A stretch of 63,537 bases of DNA, filler included, from Atractiella rhizophila (GCA_021432655.1; 6 parts of 5 records of this genome joined end to end with filler, not necessarily neighbours in it), one strand, 5' to 3'; shown: positions 12,066 through 27,328, numbered from the whole stretch's first letter. Notes: a model not told the origin generated them from the sequence alone. Made by a program: numbers and translations.

Positions 12066-14994
12066 TCAAATACGCTGAGCTAACACAGCTTTTATTTCAT
12101 GTTGAGTCAACCGACCGCCAACGTCATCAGCGTCTTCTGGCTGTGATTCAGGTACAAATTAGGGACAATGCTTTAGAACAGAAGGATGGCATACAGATTC
12201 TAGTGTAAGCAACGCCGAGATGTGTTGCAAGCGTGCAAACGCATCTCTCATCACTCCTGATCCGAATGTTGTTTGTGATGACAGATACGTCATGATCGTT
12301 CTGAGGTCGCGGTCAAATTTGAGTCCACCCAACTGGATTTCTTCAGTATTTAAAATCGCGATGAGGTCGAACAAGGGGAAACGTACCTCGGTAAACTTGA
12401 GACCACGGATTATTGTCTCCCATGGTCGTACCAGGACAGTCACAGTCATGGAGAAGAACAGATGGTAATTCGAAGGGGTGAGTGTCTCCTGGAAACGGGC
12501 TTCACTTCAACTTCAGAAATGGAAAGGCACGACTTACTCTGAACACATTGATCAACTGTTCCCAGCCTTTGACGAATCGTTTTCGGACCAGGTCTTGAAA
12601 CTCGGCTTCTGAATGGCCGTCTTCATCCAGCTCGTAGCTCACATCTTTGTAGCAGTCGGACATCAAGGTCCTTAGTTTCGGACGGACTAGTTGATTAAAA
12701 AGCTGATTCACTCCTGCCTACCACTCTGCATAAGTTGCACGTCTACGAGAGGAATAGATGAGACACTGCTTTACTTTTACGACCTGCTTCAGACTCTCCT
12801 CCACATTCTTTTTCAACTCCTCTAAAAGTTGCACAGCCATTTTCCTCTCCCGACTCTTCCAAAATCCAGACTTCACTGCCTCGCTTCCTAATAAGTCATC
12901 ACCCAGTCGATTCATGTATTCTGCTCCTGTGTCTAAATCATTGAGATAAACTATGAACTGGACTCTCCCTTCCCGCTCCTTCTCTGCAGGTGCGTTAGCC
13001 GGTATATTAGCATAAACATTCTCCAAACGCTTCCGCAAGACCTCAGAAAAGTCTTTGATCATGACTTCTTGAAAGGGGGGAAGGAGGGACTGAACGGTGC
13101 GGAGCGAGGAAGTGGCGAGAGTGCGGTTGAGGACTTTTTTGAGGATGTAAAAAGAGTCGTCTAATGCTGACGAGAGGTAAGGAGTACAAGACAAATCAAA
13201 TTCGTCAAGTTGGTGTGCCTGCAAAAACTTCATCAGTCATCACATTTGTTTGGATTTTTGCCAGGCACCTTCTCAATGCTGCAACGCATAAACCACAGTT
13301 CCATTGGACGATAAAACCTGTCGATCCGCTCCTCAATTGCAATTTTAAGGACCGAATCCTCCAAGAACTTCAAGCTGTCGATTTGATCTTCCTTTTCGTC
13401 CTCCTCATCTCCCTGTACACATCATCAAATCATTTCCCTCCTCACCACTCAAAACATACCAGCTCTAGCGCTCGCGTATAGATGAATCGTCTGTATAGTT
13501 CCCATCTTCCTTGCATCAGTGATATCTCTCCTAGGATTCCATCTGCCTCTCTCAGTTCCGATGTATTATCATTCTCATCTGCACCAGTTATGCCAAGGCC
13601 TGGATTACCTGGGGCAGTTGAGACTGGCAGAGTGGATTGGCGGAAAGGGGGCTGGATGTTTACGAAGCGAGAGGCTGTCGAAGCATTGATGTTTAGGAGC
13701 GGAGTCGAAGGGCGGTTCGGAGGTGCGATGAGAGAGGGAAAGACGAGAGAAGTGAGAAAGGGATACCGGTATGTCGCAAGGTCTTCTATCTTTGATCAGG
13801 CTGTCAGGCTCTTGAAATGTGAAGATGTACAAATAAGTGGACAGACCTTTCGGACTACGCGTCGGTCGTCTTCCCATCTGTTGAGCAGCACAGATCCGAG
13901 GTGGTTACAACACTCGCTCTGCACTCTTTCGAGGACGACGGCGACCTTCCCCTCCTTCCCATAGTATTTCTCGATGACCGGTTGATGCTGTGCGATGATG
14001 AGGGCGATGTTTTCGAACAGGCTAGTCAATAATGCAGAGTAATAACTGGGATGTGAAGCTTTCACGCAGAAACCAATCAACTTCTGTTCAGGGAGGACGA
14101 AAACGGCACACAAACCTACTTTTAGCACCTCCAGTATTCATCAACCCCGCCATCCTCCCACTCACTATCTCACTCACGAATTCAGCGTATGCTCCTAGCC
14201 CTTCACTTTCCTTGCCAATCATCGGGAAAAGTTTAAAAAACCTTGAAATCTTTGCTTCATCCCGCTCTCGTGCGGCTAATCGGAACTCTTTCAGAAAGGT
14301 GTCCAGGAGCGTGGTTGCAAAATTGTCAAGCGTCTGTTGCGGTGAAAGGGGGAGGGTGGCCGTTGGCTGGACAAGGTAACGTAAGAATATGATTATTTAG
14401 CAGGGACTGCATACTACTACTGCTTCGGCGAACTTGGAGCTGATTACAGACGGTGGGATGGTTATGCATCGATGGTAGTGTCTCGTCGCCGACTCCCAAT
14501 CTGCCAAACCAACTGAGGACTCCAGAGCCAGGAGTGAGTTCTACGGTCCATTAGCGTCGGCAGAGAATATTCAAGGCTTAAATAAAATGTACCTTCAAAT
14601 CCTGCACGGATTGAACCATAGAGATGCACTGTTGGACCCTCGACTTTCCCCATGACAACGTTTTAGCGGATACACAACATGGCCAGAAAAAACTTACTTG
14701 TTCCTCGTCTAGCTGGCCAATGATCCCTCCAATCCTCTCTGCCACGTCTGCCGTCTCATTGATTCTCTCGTCCATACGACTTCCATCTCGCTCAATCCTT
14801 GCTAGCACAGGCACTACGCTCTCGATAAGTTCTAATTGGTCATTGAGGTGCTGACGGTGGGAGATTTGGGATTGAAGCGATGAATCGAGCGCGGATTCTT
14901 GGGTCGAAAGATGACGCAGGGCGGAGGTGATGGAGGTGACGGAAGTGAGGGAAGCGAATGCGAGTGGAGCCGTCATAGTGGATGTGGTAGCCAT
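12066..14994 (-). CDS. COG4: Conserved oligomeric Golgi complex subunit 4 (multi-exon)
   Basis: TADVAERIGGIIGQLDEEQ.RV; ISRFFKLFPMIG; LFENIALIIAQHQPVIEKYYG; SSALDDSFYILKKV; LGGLKFDRDLRTIMTYL; last exon ...KAVLAQRI-TGA. Confidence 0.9.
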
Positions 14995-15090
14995 TGTCTA
15001 GAGAACGCAACCCAGATGTTAGCGCACAAAGTGCGGTGGTCCAGACAGAAATGATGACGCGGAAGCTGATGCACAGTAGAACTTAGGAGA

Positions 15091-15789
15091 ATGGCAAAGG
15101 GCCTAAACGTAGACCGAAGATTGTGGAACGGTCATTTACCTTCACATTGGCGAACGGCTAGGACATCTGTCTTTCATTCACACTCTCTTGCACTAGGTTG
15201 TCCAATTGAACAATTTCTTTGTCGTATCACGCAAGCAATTTGTGCGTCGGAGAGCTTTAGGGCTCGAACTCGAAAGCAGCTTTGTTATATTAAGAGCATG
15301 TTTCCCATTGTGAAAAGATGTCGCAAAGAAGTATTCTTCGGACGTATTCGTCTGCTGAGACAGGAACAAATAAGCGGACAAGGCGCTGCTCAAGATGGTA
15401 TAGCCTTCATGACCTCCCTCACCTTGATAAGTCTACCAAATATTCAAGAGGAGCAATAAGAAATGATAGATAAATTGCCACATGCTAGGACCTAAACAAG
15501 AACTGAAACTCTCCGTTCAGGAATCAGTTCAATCCACATGCGAAGTCAGGGAAGTCGATTCTGACTTGCAGTGAAGAATTTGAATAATCATGAGTCTTGT
15601 ACCAGATGCACAGTTTTGTCCAAATGGCTCAGTAATTCGCTGAACGTGTCCGATTGGCTGCACAACTGGTGGTTTCTTAGTTGTCCTTTGACTGTCCACT
15701 CCGTTCTTCAACAGAAGGAGTGGTCACACCTTCACCATATATCGTATCCACAATATTTAATCTTTCCAGCCTATTTCATGGGCTTTTGA
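15091..15789 (+). pseudogene. F-box-like pseudogene relic
   Basis: ORFs 15091-15459 and 15571-15789 share a frame, separated by three stops. CPIEQFLCRITQAI...KQLCYIKSMFPIVKRCRKEVFFGRIRL resembles a fungal F-box consensus. Confidence 0.35.
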
Positions 15790-15977
15790 AGATGACATTG
15801 TTTGACATTGAGAACAGGAGTAGAGCAGAGAGCAAGAGAGCAACGTACCTTCTCCCTATCGGCAATATTTTACCTATTATCTTTGAAATTCCTTCCTTAT
15901 CCCTTCACTCTGCTCGCTTCGTCTAGATCCTCCTTAGGCACAGGTACAGGGTTGTCGATTGTTGGCTCAAATTTGTG

Positions 15978-17931
15978 ATGTTCACAATGCCAGCCCCAAC
16001 CCTACTACGCCATCAGAGAACATCGAAAGTTGCTAGCGATATGGACGCACGGATTTTCGTCCCACTCAAGCTGTCAGAAGAGGTGACGGTGGTCAAGTTT
16101 TCCCCTTGGGATCCCTTCCTCCTGGCTGTCGGTTCGTCTTACAAGCTTCTCTGTGCCTTCAAATGACCTCTGAAGTTTTACATTGAATACAGGGGGAACA
16201 ACTTCTTTGTATCTCATTCGAATTGCTCTTGAAGCGGTCAGTTATGCCTACCGAATGGATCAAATGCTCACTCATTAAGCAGAACAAATACATACCTACG
16301 ACTTTGCAAACTATCCCTCTATCTTCTCGTCCCATATCCCTTTCCTACACTCTTCCATCCTCCGCACACAACACCTCGTACGTCAACCTCAACGTATTCA
16401 ACTCTTGAACAACGTCGCGGAACAGGTTGGCAGTCGCATGTTCCGACCAGCGAATTCGTTATATCTCTACCTTCCCTTCCCTCTTGCCCACAGGGAATGT
16501 GGACAGGACAGAAGTCACGTTGTTTGGGTCTAACAGGGGAAGGATTAACGAGATCCAGTTTTGCGCTATTAGAAGGTACGAAGGGTATCTGGGAGTGGTA
16601 TCTGGTGAGTCCCCTTCAAATTCTGCAGTTCGTTCTCATTCTTTCAGCTCCATGCTTTGGCATTTCACTGAGATCAGCCAAACTGCTGATAAGCGCAGCT
16701 AGCTGACTATTCCTTCATAGTCATTTACATTATATAATCTCATTGGCATGATGCATAACGCTCGCCAGTGTCATATTGTTCTTCGTGTTGAGTGGCCGCC
16801 TTTCAAAAGCTGTAGGAGCAACATTCATGTGCTTTCACAGCGCTTCTACGAGTATGACGAACCCTCAGTACTATTTACATCTCATTCTGCGTGGATGAAG
16901 CTTGTTCATTCCGTACCTATGTCCTTTGCATCCGATAACTCACATTCGCCTGATGGCTGATGGATGTGAACAGACGATAAAACGCTTACTATCTGGAATA
17001 CGGCCACATCATCCTCCTCGGTGGCAAATGGCGATCCAGATGCGTCCATACTAACCATAACAGGTGATCCGAGCGATCCCGAATTCAAGCGTGTTCCCTC
17101 ATCTTTACATGTTTGTCCTCCCTCCTCTCCTTGCGAAGAGAGAACTTTGACATCGGCGAACGTAGATCGGATTACCACATCCTTCTCCCTCCATTTCCTT
17201 CTCTCCTCACACAGCTGCCCACTTGGCCATTCTCTGCCTCTCTCCCCACTTATCCACCATCCAAATCAAAGACTGGCTCGGACACCTGAATCCTCAAACT
17301 CCCACAAGGTCTACCAGCCATCGAGAGGAAGGAAGGAATCCGGGTGAGACTGTGTTGACATTGCGAGCAGGATCTGGAAGGAAGGCACAAGGGATGGGTG
17401 GTAAGGTGCAGTGGCATCCTAGCGAGAAGGAGGTGTAGGTCTCCGTTCCTCTTTCTATTTTACTTTTACATCTCTCCCTCCTCACCAAAGTTGATGTGTA
17501 TTTTTGTTCTGCTTCTAGTTTCGGAGCTGTTTTCGCAGATGGTAAATGGGCAATTTGGGACTTAAAAACCGGAAAAGGTGGATTGCCCAGTGTGGAAGGG
17601 ACGATTGGGGATGGCGTCGGTGAATATAGGTTTCGGTTTGTCACTTCCTTCTCCATGTTCGCCCCTTCCCGAGTTAATATGGTGCGTTGCGGCCTGGTGT
17701 AGATGGGCACCTAACGATCTGCGCCTCTTTGCAATATTGGATTCGAGGGCTGGAGCTAATCCGCCGCTTAAAGTCGTATCGACGTCTTTCCCTCAATGTA
17801 GGCTAGACCCTCTTTTCTTTCCGACATGTGAACGGCGATGCTCATGTGATTTGAATGTTTAGCACCAAAGAACATTTATTCCGAGGAGTTAGGACCAGGA
17901 AGAGTGGTTGACTTCGATTGGTTCTCACCTC
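15978..17931 (+). CDS. WD40-repeat protein, possibly Nup37-like; 3' end lost in gap
   Basis: WD-type segments VTVVKFSPWDPFLLAVG, AVACSDQRIRYI, RINEIQF...LGVVS|DDKTLTIWN, KVQWHPSE, FGAVFADGKWAIWDLKTG, VVDFDWF. The Nup37 assignment is inference. Confidence 0.6.
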
Positions 17932-18031
17932 NNNNNNNNNNNNNNNNNNNNNNNNNNNNNNNNNNNNNNNNNNNNTTAATTAATTAANNNNNNNNNNNNN
18001 NNNNNNNNNNNNNNNNNNNNNNNNNNNNNNN
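17932..18031. other. Assembly gap with artificial TTAATTAATTAA six-frame-stop spacer; same spacer at ~39339, ~44525, ~55436 and ~62313. Plain N gaps at 47786-47820 and 57866-58260
   Basis: Identical N-run/TTAATTAATTAA/N-run structure occurs five times. Confidence 0.97.
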
Positions 18032-19019
18032 GGTTTCTGGCACATCTCTCTTGTCTCCGAACCATCAGCTTCTCCTCCATCGATATCCCGACCAATCGGT
18101 ATCTTCCTCCCAACACTTTTCGTTGCTTACGCCATCGGTCGTTTTGCCTGGCGCTGGACCCTGCCTGCATTTGAGATTGTTCCCATCGAACGAACAATAT
18201 GGTACCTCGGTGGCTTTTGGGTTGGTGTATTGCTGAATGTGACGACTGGTTGGATACCTATTGACCGTCTCACCCCGCACGATATTAAACAACGACCCGG
18301 AGGGCTCGTGGCAGTCATCATCTTGTCGATAGTTGGTGCATTCTTGGTTGGCAATCAGGTTTGGTTTATCAGGAAGACGGGGTGGCTAATTATATACCTC
18401 AAATACTACTGTCTTGGGATTCTCGTCCTGGGCATCTTTGCCACATTGCCAAATCTCCAGTTCAGATTTCATCACTACTTTGCTGGAATCGTCCTCTCCC
18501 CCGGAACCGCATTCAAAACGCGTGTATCTGCCCTACTCCAAGCATTTCTTCTTGGAATGTTTCTGAATGGGGTAGCGAGGTGGTCAGTCACAATTTTCCA
18601 CTTTCTGCTGCTCCTTCTGACTGATATCGATGTATAGGGACTACGACGCCATCTTCCAAACTCCAGACGAGCTTCGAGGCGACGCTACCTTTGGAACTGA
18701 CGTGCCCTCGTTCGCTACGAACGACACGAATTTCCAACCTAACCAGCGCGTCATTTCGTGGCCATCAATACCTTCCGACCTCACCTCTTCGTGGAGCGGC
18801 CATTCGCTTCTTGTCGACGACGTCCTGCGATACACTGGCGCTGCACTAAATTTCTCCCTAGATGCGTTGTCGGACGGCTTTGTCCTCGACTTCTCTCTCC
18901 CTCATTATCTCCGATTAGCATACGCAGACAACGATGGCAATCCCGGAGACTTCACCACTGCTGCCACTGCTTTTGTGAGCAATGGGACATGGATCGATCC
19001 CTTGCCGGGTTCGACTTGA
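18032..19019 (+). CDS. 3' part of a fungal LCCL-domain family multi-pass membrane protein (5' end in gap)
   Basis: GFWHISLVSEP...YLGGFWVGVLLN...IPIDRLTPHDIKQRPGG...LQFRFHHYF...PGTAFKTRVSALLQAFLLGMFLNGVARW|.YDAIFQT...GHSLLVDDVLRY. The LCCL domain itself is not visible. Confidence 0.7.
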
Positions 19020-19597
19020 TTTGTTCCATTCAGTTCCTCCTTTGAGTAGACATTTGGATGCTTTCGTTTCATTTCATTTTCGGATGGATTGTATGTGGCA
19101 AGGACTGTGGTTGTGCATTGTTGTATCATCAAAACTCACATTTCATACCCGATACTGTAATCGATTCTAGATTCACTTACCCTCATTTTCTCTTCCCTCC
19201 AGGGGTCAAGCATCTTCAAGCAACACTCGTACAATCACTCCACTCGGAGTCCATTCATTCCAATACCCTACGACACACGACCGCGACACCGCAACTACTT
19301 GATGAAGACTGGGATGAAGAACAAGGATGAAAGGAAGGCTCAAACAAAGGACCAACCAACCAGCATCTGGATTTGATTGAACATATGTAGCAAAGAAATC
19401 AAAGGGGGGAGGGGTCACATTCGAACATATTGCACTGCTCGGGAATTGGGAGTGGGGAGTCGAAGGATGGAAAAACACAGACGTGGATCACGGACAAGGC
19501 TTTTGAGATGGATCAAATGAGTAGAGCGAGATGAAGGGAGAGAGAGTATATGTTAAGGACCGTGTTTCTTGTTTCTCTGCACAGGATGCAAGTTGCA

Positions 19598-21753
19598 TCA
19601 TCGGACACTCTCTGGTCCCATGTTCCGGTTCTGGAACGTGAAACCTGAGGAAGCAGACACATCAACCTTCCAACAACTGAATGAAGAAATTGGTAAGATG
19701 AACATACCTTCAAACTGTGCCTGTACGCTCTCGCTCAAATGACTGGGTTCAACCACACTATCAACTGGCGCTTCGGCGGTAAACTCTTCATCGAACTGTA
19801 CCGAACAACAAACCAGTCAGCTTCTTCTCTACAAAAGGGACAATGAGGCAGTATGCGGTGGAGTTACGCACATTAGAAGTATCAGCAGCGCTCTCCACGC
19901 TCGGCTTGAACGGTGGCTGGATCTTCTTCGTGCTCAAAAGTGCCCAATCCAAATGATTCTTGAAGAACGGATGGTTCTTTATATCCTCAGCGCCACGATT
20001 TCCCAACCTATTGCGCGTGTGAATACGAGTCGAAAGAGTCTGAATGGAAGAAACGAACCTCTGCGATGGTTCTCTCGTCAGTAAGCCGGTGAGCACGGAG
20101 CGAGCTTCAGCTCCCATGTCGTCGGGGAAAATCAACGGATTCTGCGACAGCACATATCAGTCCAGTACGCTTGCGCTATCTTCTAGAGTTGGTAGAGAGG
20201 AGTACGGACCTGCAGAATCTTCTTGTACATGGTTGGCACGTCTTCATCATAGTAAGGTGGTAGTCCAGTCAACATTTCGTACAACAAGACGCCGAGCGTC
20301 CACCAGTCCACACTCTTCGTGTATCCCTGACCCAGCAACAGTTCAGGCGCGAGATATTCGGGTGTTCCGCAGAAAGCTGTTCAGTATCAAAATGGCATGA
20401 GTGAGGATCCCAACATGGAGTAGGGAGGACGAACTGTTAGTCGTCTCTTGATCCGTCATGTTCAGCTTGCACAGACCAAAATCGCAGAGCGAGATGTGTC
20501 CGACGTAATCGAGAAGGATATTTTCTGGTTTCAAATCCCTACGTTGCAGGATCAGCTGGGCGTTTCCACGCAACCGTATGGAAAAAGAGGAACTTACCGA
20601 TAAACGACATTGAAGCCATGGAGACATTCAAGGGCACATAACAATTCGGCGGCGTAAAACCTGCTCCTCTCTTCACTGAACCTTCCCTCTCGTTGGAGGT
20701 GATGAAAGAGTTCTCCACCGTTGACGAAGGCTAGGACGAGGTACAATTTATCTGGAGATTGGAAGGCGAATTTGAGAGGAGTGATGAATGGATTGTTGAC
20801 CTTTGCGAGGACGCTCCTCTCAGCAAGCGTATGGGTGACTTCGGATCGATTGACGATGTGTGCTTTTTTGATCGTCTTGAGAGCATAAATCCTCCCCGTA
20901 TCCGTCTTACGGACTTGCATGACTTTTCCGAAGCTCCCTTTTCCGATGACCCTCAACAAATCCAGATCTTCGATCCTCAAGCCCTGTTCAGTGGCCTTGA
21001 ACGCAATCTGTAAATGGAAGTGACCGCCTTGACCAGTCGAAGAGGTGCCTTCGAACCACTTGTCGATTACTTTCGGACCCAATGCGCCGGCGGGGAGTGT
21101 GGTGTTGAAGTCGGGTGTGATGGTGACGGATGAGAGAAAGACGTCGTCGCCCATGTCATTCCTTTGACCAGGGGGAGCGGAGGAGGTGCGTAGGTAGGCG
21201 GAGAGGGTGAGTTCAGAAGAGCGGGACACATCACTTTTTTTCCCAAGACCACAAGCAATCAATACACCCATCATTAAAAAGGGAGTGATAAGGATAAAAA
21301 AAAAGACGCACAAAATAGTTCGAAACATGTAAACCGGCTTGTCCATCTCCCCTCCCAACGCATCGACGAGCACATCGTTTTTATCAAACTGAAGCACGAC
21401 GTAAGGGAGCCACCAGCACTGTTTCCTCTGCACACTATCCCTCTTCCCACCTCCCAGACTGCCAGACATCGAGCCACTGCCCACGGGTACGCTGGAGCCT
21501 CCGTGTGCGGCCATCGCCTTTTGGATCGATTGAGGGATCGTGGCTGGAAGCGGGAGGGAGCGTGCCTCAATGAGGCGTACTGTCAGTTGGCCTGACTTTG
21601 GGGTGTTGTCATTGTTGGAGGAGGAAAGAGGAGATGGTACAGAGGGGCTGGAGGAGGCAGAGGACACGGTTGGCTTGCTGCTTTCTGTGGTTGTGCTCGT
21701 TAGCGATGCATGGATTGGAGAAATAACACACTTTTGCCTAGTTTCCAGGACAT
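19598..21753 (-). CDS. YPK1: AGC kinase YPK1/Gad8 (paralogue A), with C2-like N-terminal region
   Basis: First exon [52 protein letters not shown]; hydrophobic motif QFEGFTF. Confidence 0.92.
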
Positions 21754-21929
21754 GTTTTGCGTTGCTCTGCTGTGGCAAAAGCAGTGAAAGGGGAAGAAGA
21801 TGGTCGCTTTGGGGAGCCGTTGATTGGTAACGCGATCGATGACTCTTCCATTAACCTTTATCCTTCCCGTGGTCTTCCCGTAATATTAACCACCAATCAT
21901 TCTCTCTGCCTTAGGAGGATATCGAAAAG

Positions 21930-24413
21930 ATGCCTTCGCCCAAAGCCTACTGGCTCATCGCTTCGCCTCTAGTTGACAATGATCCGGGAACAATGATGGA
22001 ACAGTTAAAGGGGGTGGTCGACAAGAAAGGGCTGGGAGATGTCAGGGGTTGGAATGGATGGGCAGGGGCAGAGGTTAAGGTGAGTGACTTCTCCTCCTTG
22101 CTGTGATTTCTAGGGTGTGATTGGATTGTGGTTTGTGGCTGTAATATTCTCCCTTAATAGTGCAGCTCATGAGTGAGAACTTGCAACTTTGGAGATTCAA
22201 GCGCGTCTGATCTTATTACGAGGAGGAGGATTATCTGCCTCTATCTCTTTTGTTAGGCGGTTCCCATCTCAGTCAATAAGTATTGAAGACGAAAGCGCAA
22301 GATGTCCTATCGTGAAGTGTTACAGACCGTTCTTTCTCATCTGATGCTAGCCGCACCAACTTAGTTCAGCATATATCATCTTCTGTGACTGGCTACCTGA
22401 CTACGTCGATCAGAGGTAGACCTGGATTGTTACAACAATTGAATGAAGGTCACCTTGTTGGCGATCTCAAGCGAGGGACGGCTTCTGAAGTGAATTCAGC
22501 TATCCATGTATGAGGAAGCAAGCATATCTGCCCTATCGATCCGTAGCCAGAGTTCGATAGTGCGAGCTTTACATTTCATGCTGACCCTCTCCTCTTGTCA
22601 CGGGCGCTGCGAATCGTCAATTCGCTTTCGCGTTGTTCCACGTGAGAATGTGACCAAGGAGGTTTTTTGCACACAACATGGGTTTATTCCAGTGGTTGCA
22701 TGTCGCTTCAGCAGGACTTCGCATATTGCAGTATTTGTATGCAGACCAAGCAAACGCTCGATTCTGAATGGTTTCAGCTGGTGAGAACTGTGACCAAGGC
22801 AGTGTTTTTGCACAGAACATGGTTATTCCAGTGGTTGCGTGTCCCTTCAGCAGGACTTATCGTATTACAATATTTGAACGCAGACCAAGCAAAGGCTCGA
22901 TCGTGAGGTAGTTTTAACATGACGATGAGTGTCACGGCCAGAAGAAGCTCTGTTGAGGCTCGCACGGCAATGACTAACCCGTATGCCTCCAGACAGCAAG
23001 TCTCTCAAGCCTGCTCACCCTCTCAGAAACGCTCAGCAAAGCCGACACCACGGCCGTATCCGCCGTGTCGAAGATAGTGGAAACCATCCGCACGCTGGTA
23101 AACACTCCATCCGCCTCCTCCTCCGCTCCCAAACAACAGATCGACATCTCGAAACATTTGGTGATGGATGACGGCGTCCCATATGAGGAATATGTCTTCT
23201 CGAATGAGGCAACGGCTGGAGGAGAGGGATGGCATTGGAATCGAGGGAAGTGGAGAGCTGATGGAAGGAAGCTGGAGGAGGTGGTTGATCAACTTGTGAA
23301 GGTGATAATATGTCCCTGTTTTGTCTGGCGAGTTGGAACTGATTGTCTAAACAGGACATCACCGCAGTTGACAATATCCACAAATCGAAGTTGCAGAGCT
23401 ACACTATTGCAAAGGGACAGTTGGCACAACTACAACGCAAGAAAGTGTGAGTCAGTTCTACTCGTCCTCCCCTTTCATACTCACCTTTGGATCTTTGGAT
23501 CGTAGTGGAAATCTTGCAACTCGTTCCCTCAACGAGGTCCTGGATCCTTCAGATTTCTCCAGCACTCGAGACTCTGAATACCTCGATTATGTCCTCGTCG
23601 CTGTGCCCAAGTGCGTTGGTTCTGCTCGCGGGAGAGAAAAGTATACTGACCGGAGGATAGGAATAACCTGAAAGATTTCACGACCAAGTATGAGCGATTG
23701 ACTTCGATGGTCGTTCCACGTTCAGCTGTGTGAGCTAATAGAGTTTACATCTTCGAACCCAGTCTGATTAAGGAATTAGGATGCTGGCAGAGGATGACGA
23801 GTTCTCCCTTTACAGCGTTGTGGTCTTCCGGAAAGTGAAGGACGAGTTTAGTCAGAAGTGCCGAGAGAACAAGTGCGTAACCCCACTTTGTTTCCCAAAC
23901 CTGACAGCGCCTTGTAAGATTTATACCGAGAGACTACAACCCGGATCCACAGGTGATTGCGAAGCAGAAAAAGGAGTTTGAAGAATTAGAAAAGAAGGAG
24001 AGAGAGCTCTGGGTTCGCCCTTCTACTACAGCAACGAATAGAGCTGATGTGTGCTTCCTTGACAGTCCGACCTCCTGAGATTATCACGCCTCAACTTTGC
24101 GGAATCCTTTCAACTTCTGGTACACATCAAGTTCCTACGAACCTACGTCGAATCGGTCCTTCGATACGGTCTACCAGCTGACTATTTCTACGCCGTAATC
24201 AGGCCCGAGCCGAGGCAGAGCAAGAAGCTGATCTCGACGCTCCAAAGTCACTTCGAAGGCGTCGTGCCTCACAGCAATGAGGGTCGTGGGAAGAAGAAAG
24301 GGGGAGGAGCAGCAGGGGCGGATCAACTGGTTGGAGAGTTTGCACAGGTTATGGAGGACGAATGGATGGATTTGGTCGTGTTTGACATTGAAAGGTTTGG
24401 GGAGGAAGAATAG
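21930..24413 (+). CDS. VMA5: V-type ATPase V1 subunit C (multi-exon; first intron 22080-22992)
   Basis: MPSPKAYWLIASP...VK|TASLSSLLTLSETL; WHWNRGKW; GNLATRSLNEV; DSEYL...VAVPK; YERLTSMVVPRSA; HIKFLRTYVESVLRYGLP. Confidence 0.93.
22341..22440 (+). ncRNA. Candidate intronic H/ACA snoRNA in VMA5 intron 1
   Basis: Small 5' hairpin, H box ATATCA (22373-22378), 3' hairpin with lower stem TGTGAC/GTTACA, upper stem CTACCT/AGGTAG and an internal pocket, then ACA at 22435-22437 plus 3 nt. Folded by eye. Confidence 0.5.
22642..22906. repeat. Two diverged tandem copies of a ~139-bp unit inside VMA5 intron 1
   Basis: Units start at 22642 and 22781 and share blocks GTGAGAA, TGTGACCAAGG, TTATTCCAGTGGTTGC, CTTCAGCAGGACTT, GCAGACCAAGCAAA and GCTCGAT. 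Confidence 0.9.
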
Positions 24414-24732
24414 AATGGACGGACTTGTCGCTAGCAATCGAGCAGCGGACGGCTTTGTATTCATTAATGATAAAGGAGCAATAAATCTCCATCTCTGTAT
24501 CATTTCTACTGAATGCGAGGAACTGGGACAAGAAAGACAGGTTGATCGTGCCGATCTGGTGATTGGCACTTTGATTTTGCACAGACAAGTTCTACGGACC
24601 GGGGCCTCCAAGGAAGCAGGTATAGATTTACATCCCTAATACTTCGAAGACAATCCGAACCATTATTCCAATCCAAACATTGGGAGAGAAAGAAACCGAG
24701 CAAACATTACAACGACTCTGAACAGGTAACAG

Positions 24733-27328
<2,596 letters not shown>

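Noticed and set aside
15075..15570. A ~125-codon open frame in the complement-only reading, suggesting a third mirrored segment
   Set aside because: The composition skew is mild (hand count ~15 vs ~10), and the ordinary + strand gives an equally long F-box-like frame.
17976..17987. Recurrent TTAATTAATTAA palindrome (five copies) as a biological repeat
   Set aside because: Always embedded in N-runs; it is an artificial contig spacer.
22642..22906. CRISPR-like array or TPP riboswitch in the VMA5 intron
   Set aside because: Only two long diverged units without spacers, eukaryotic context, and no TPP core motifs seen.
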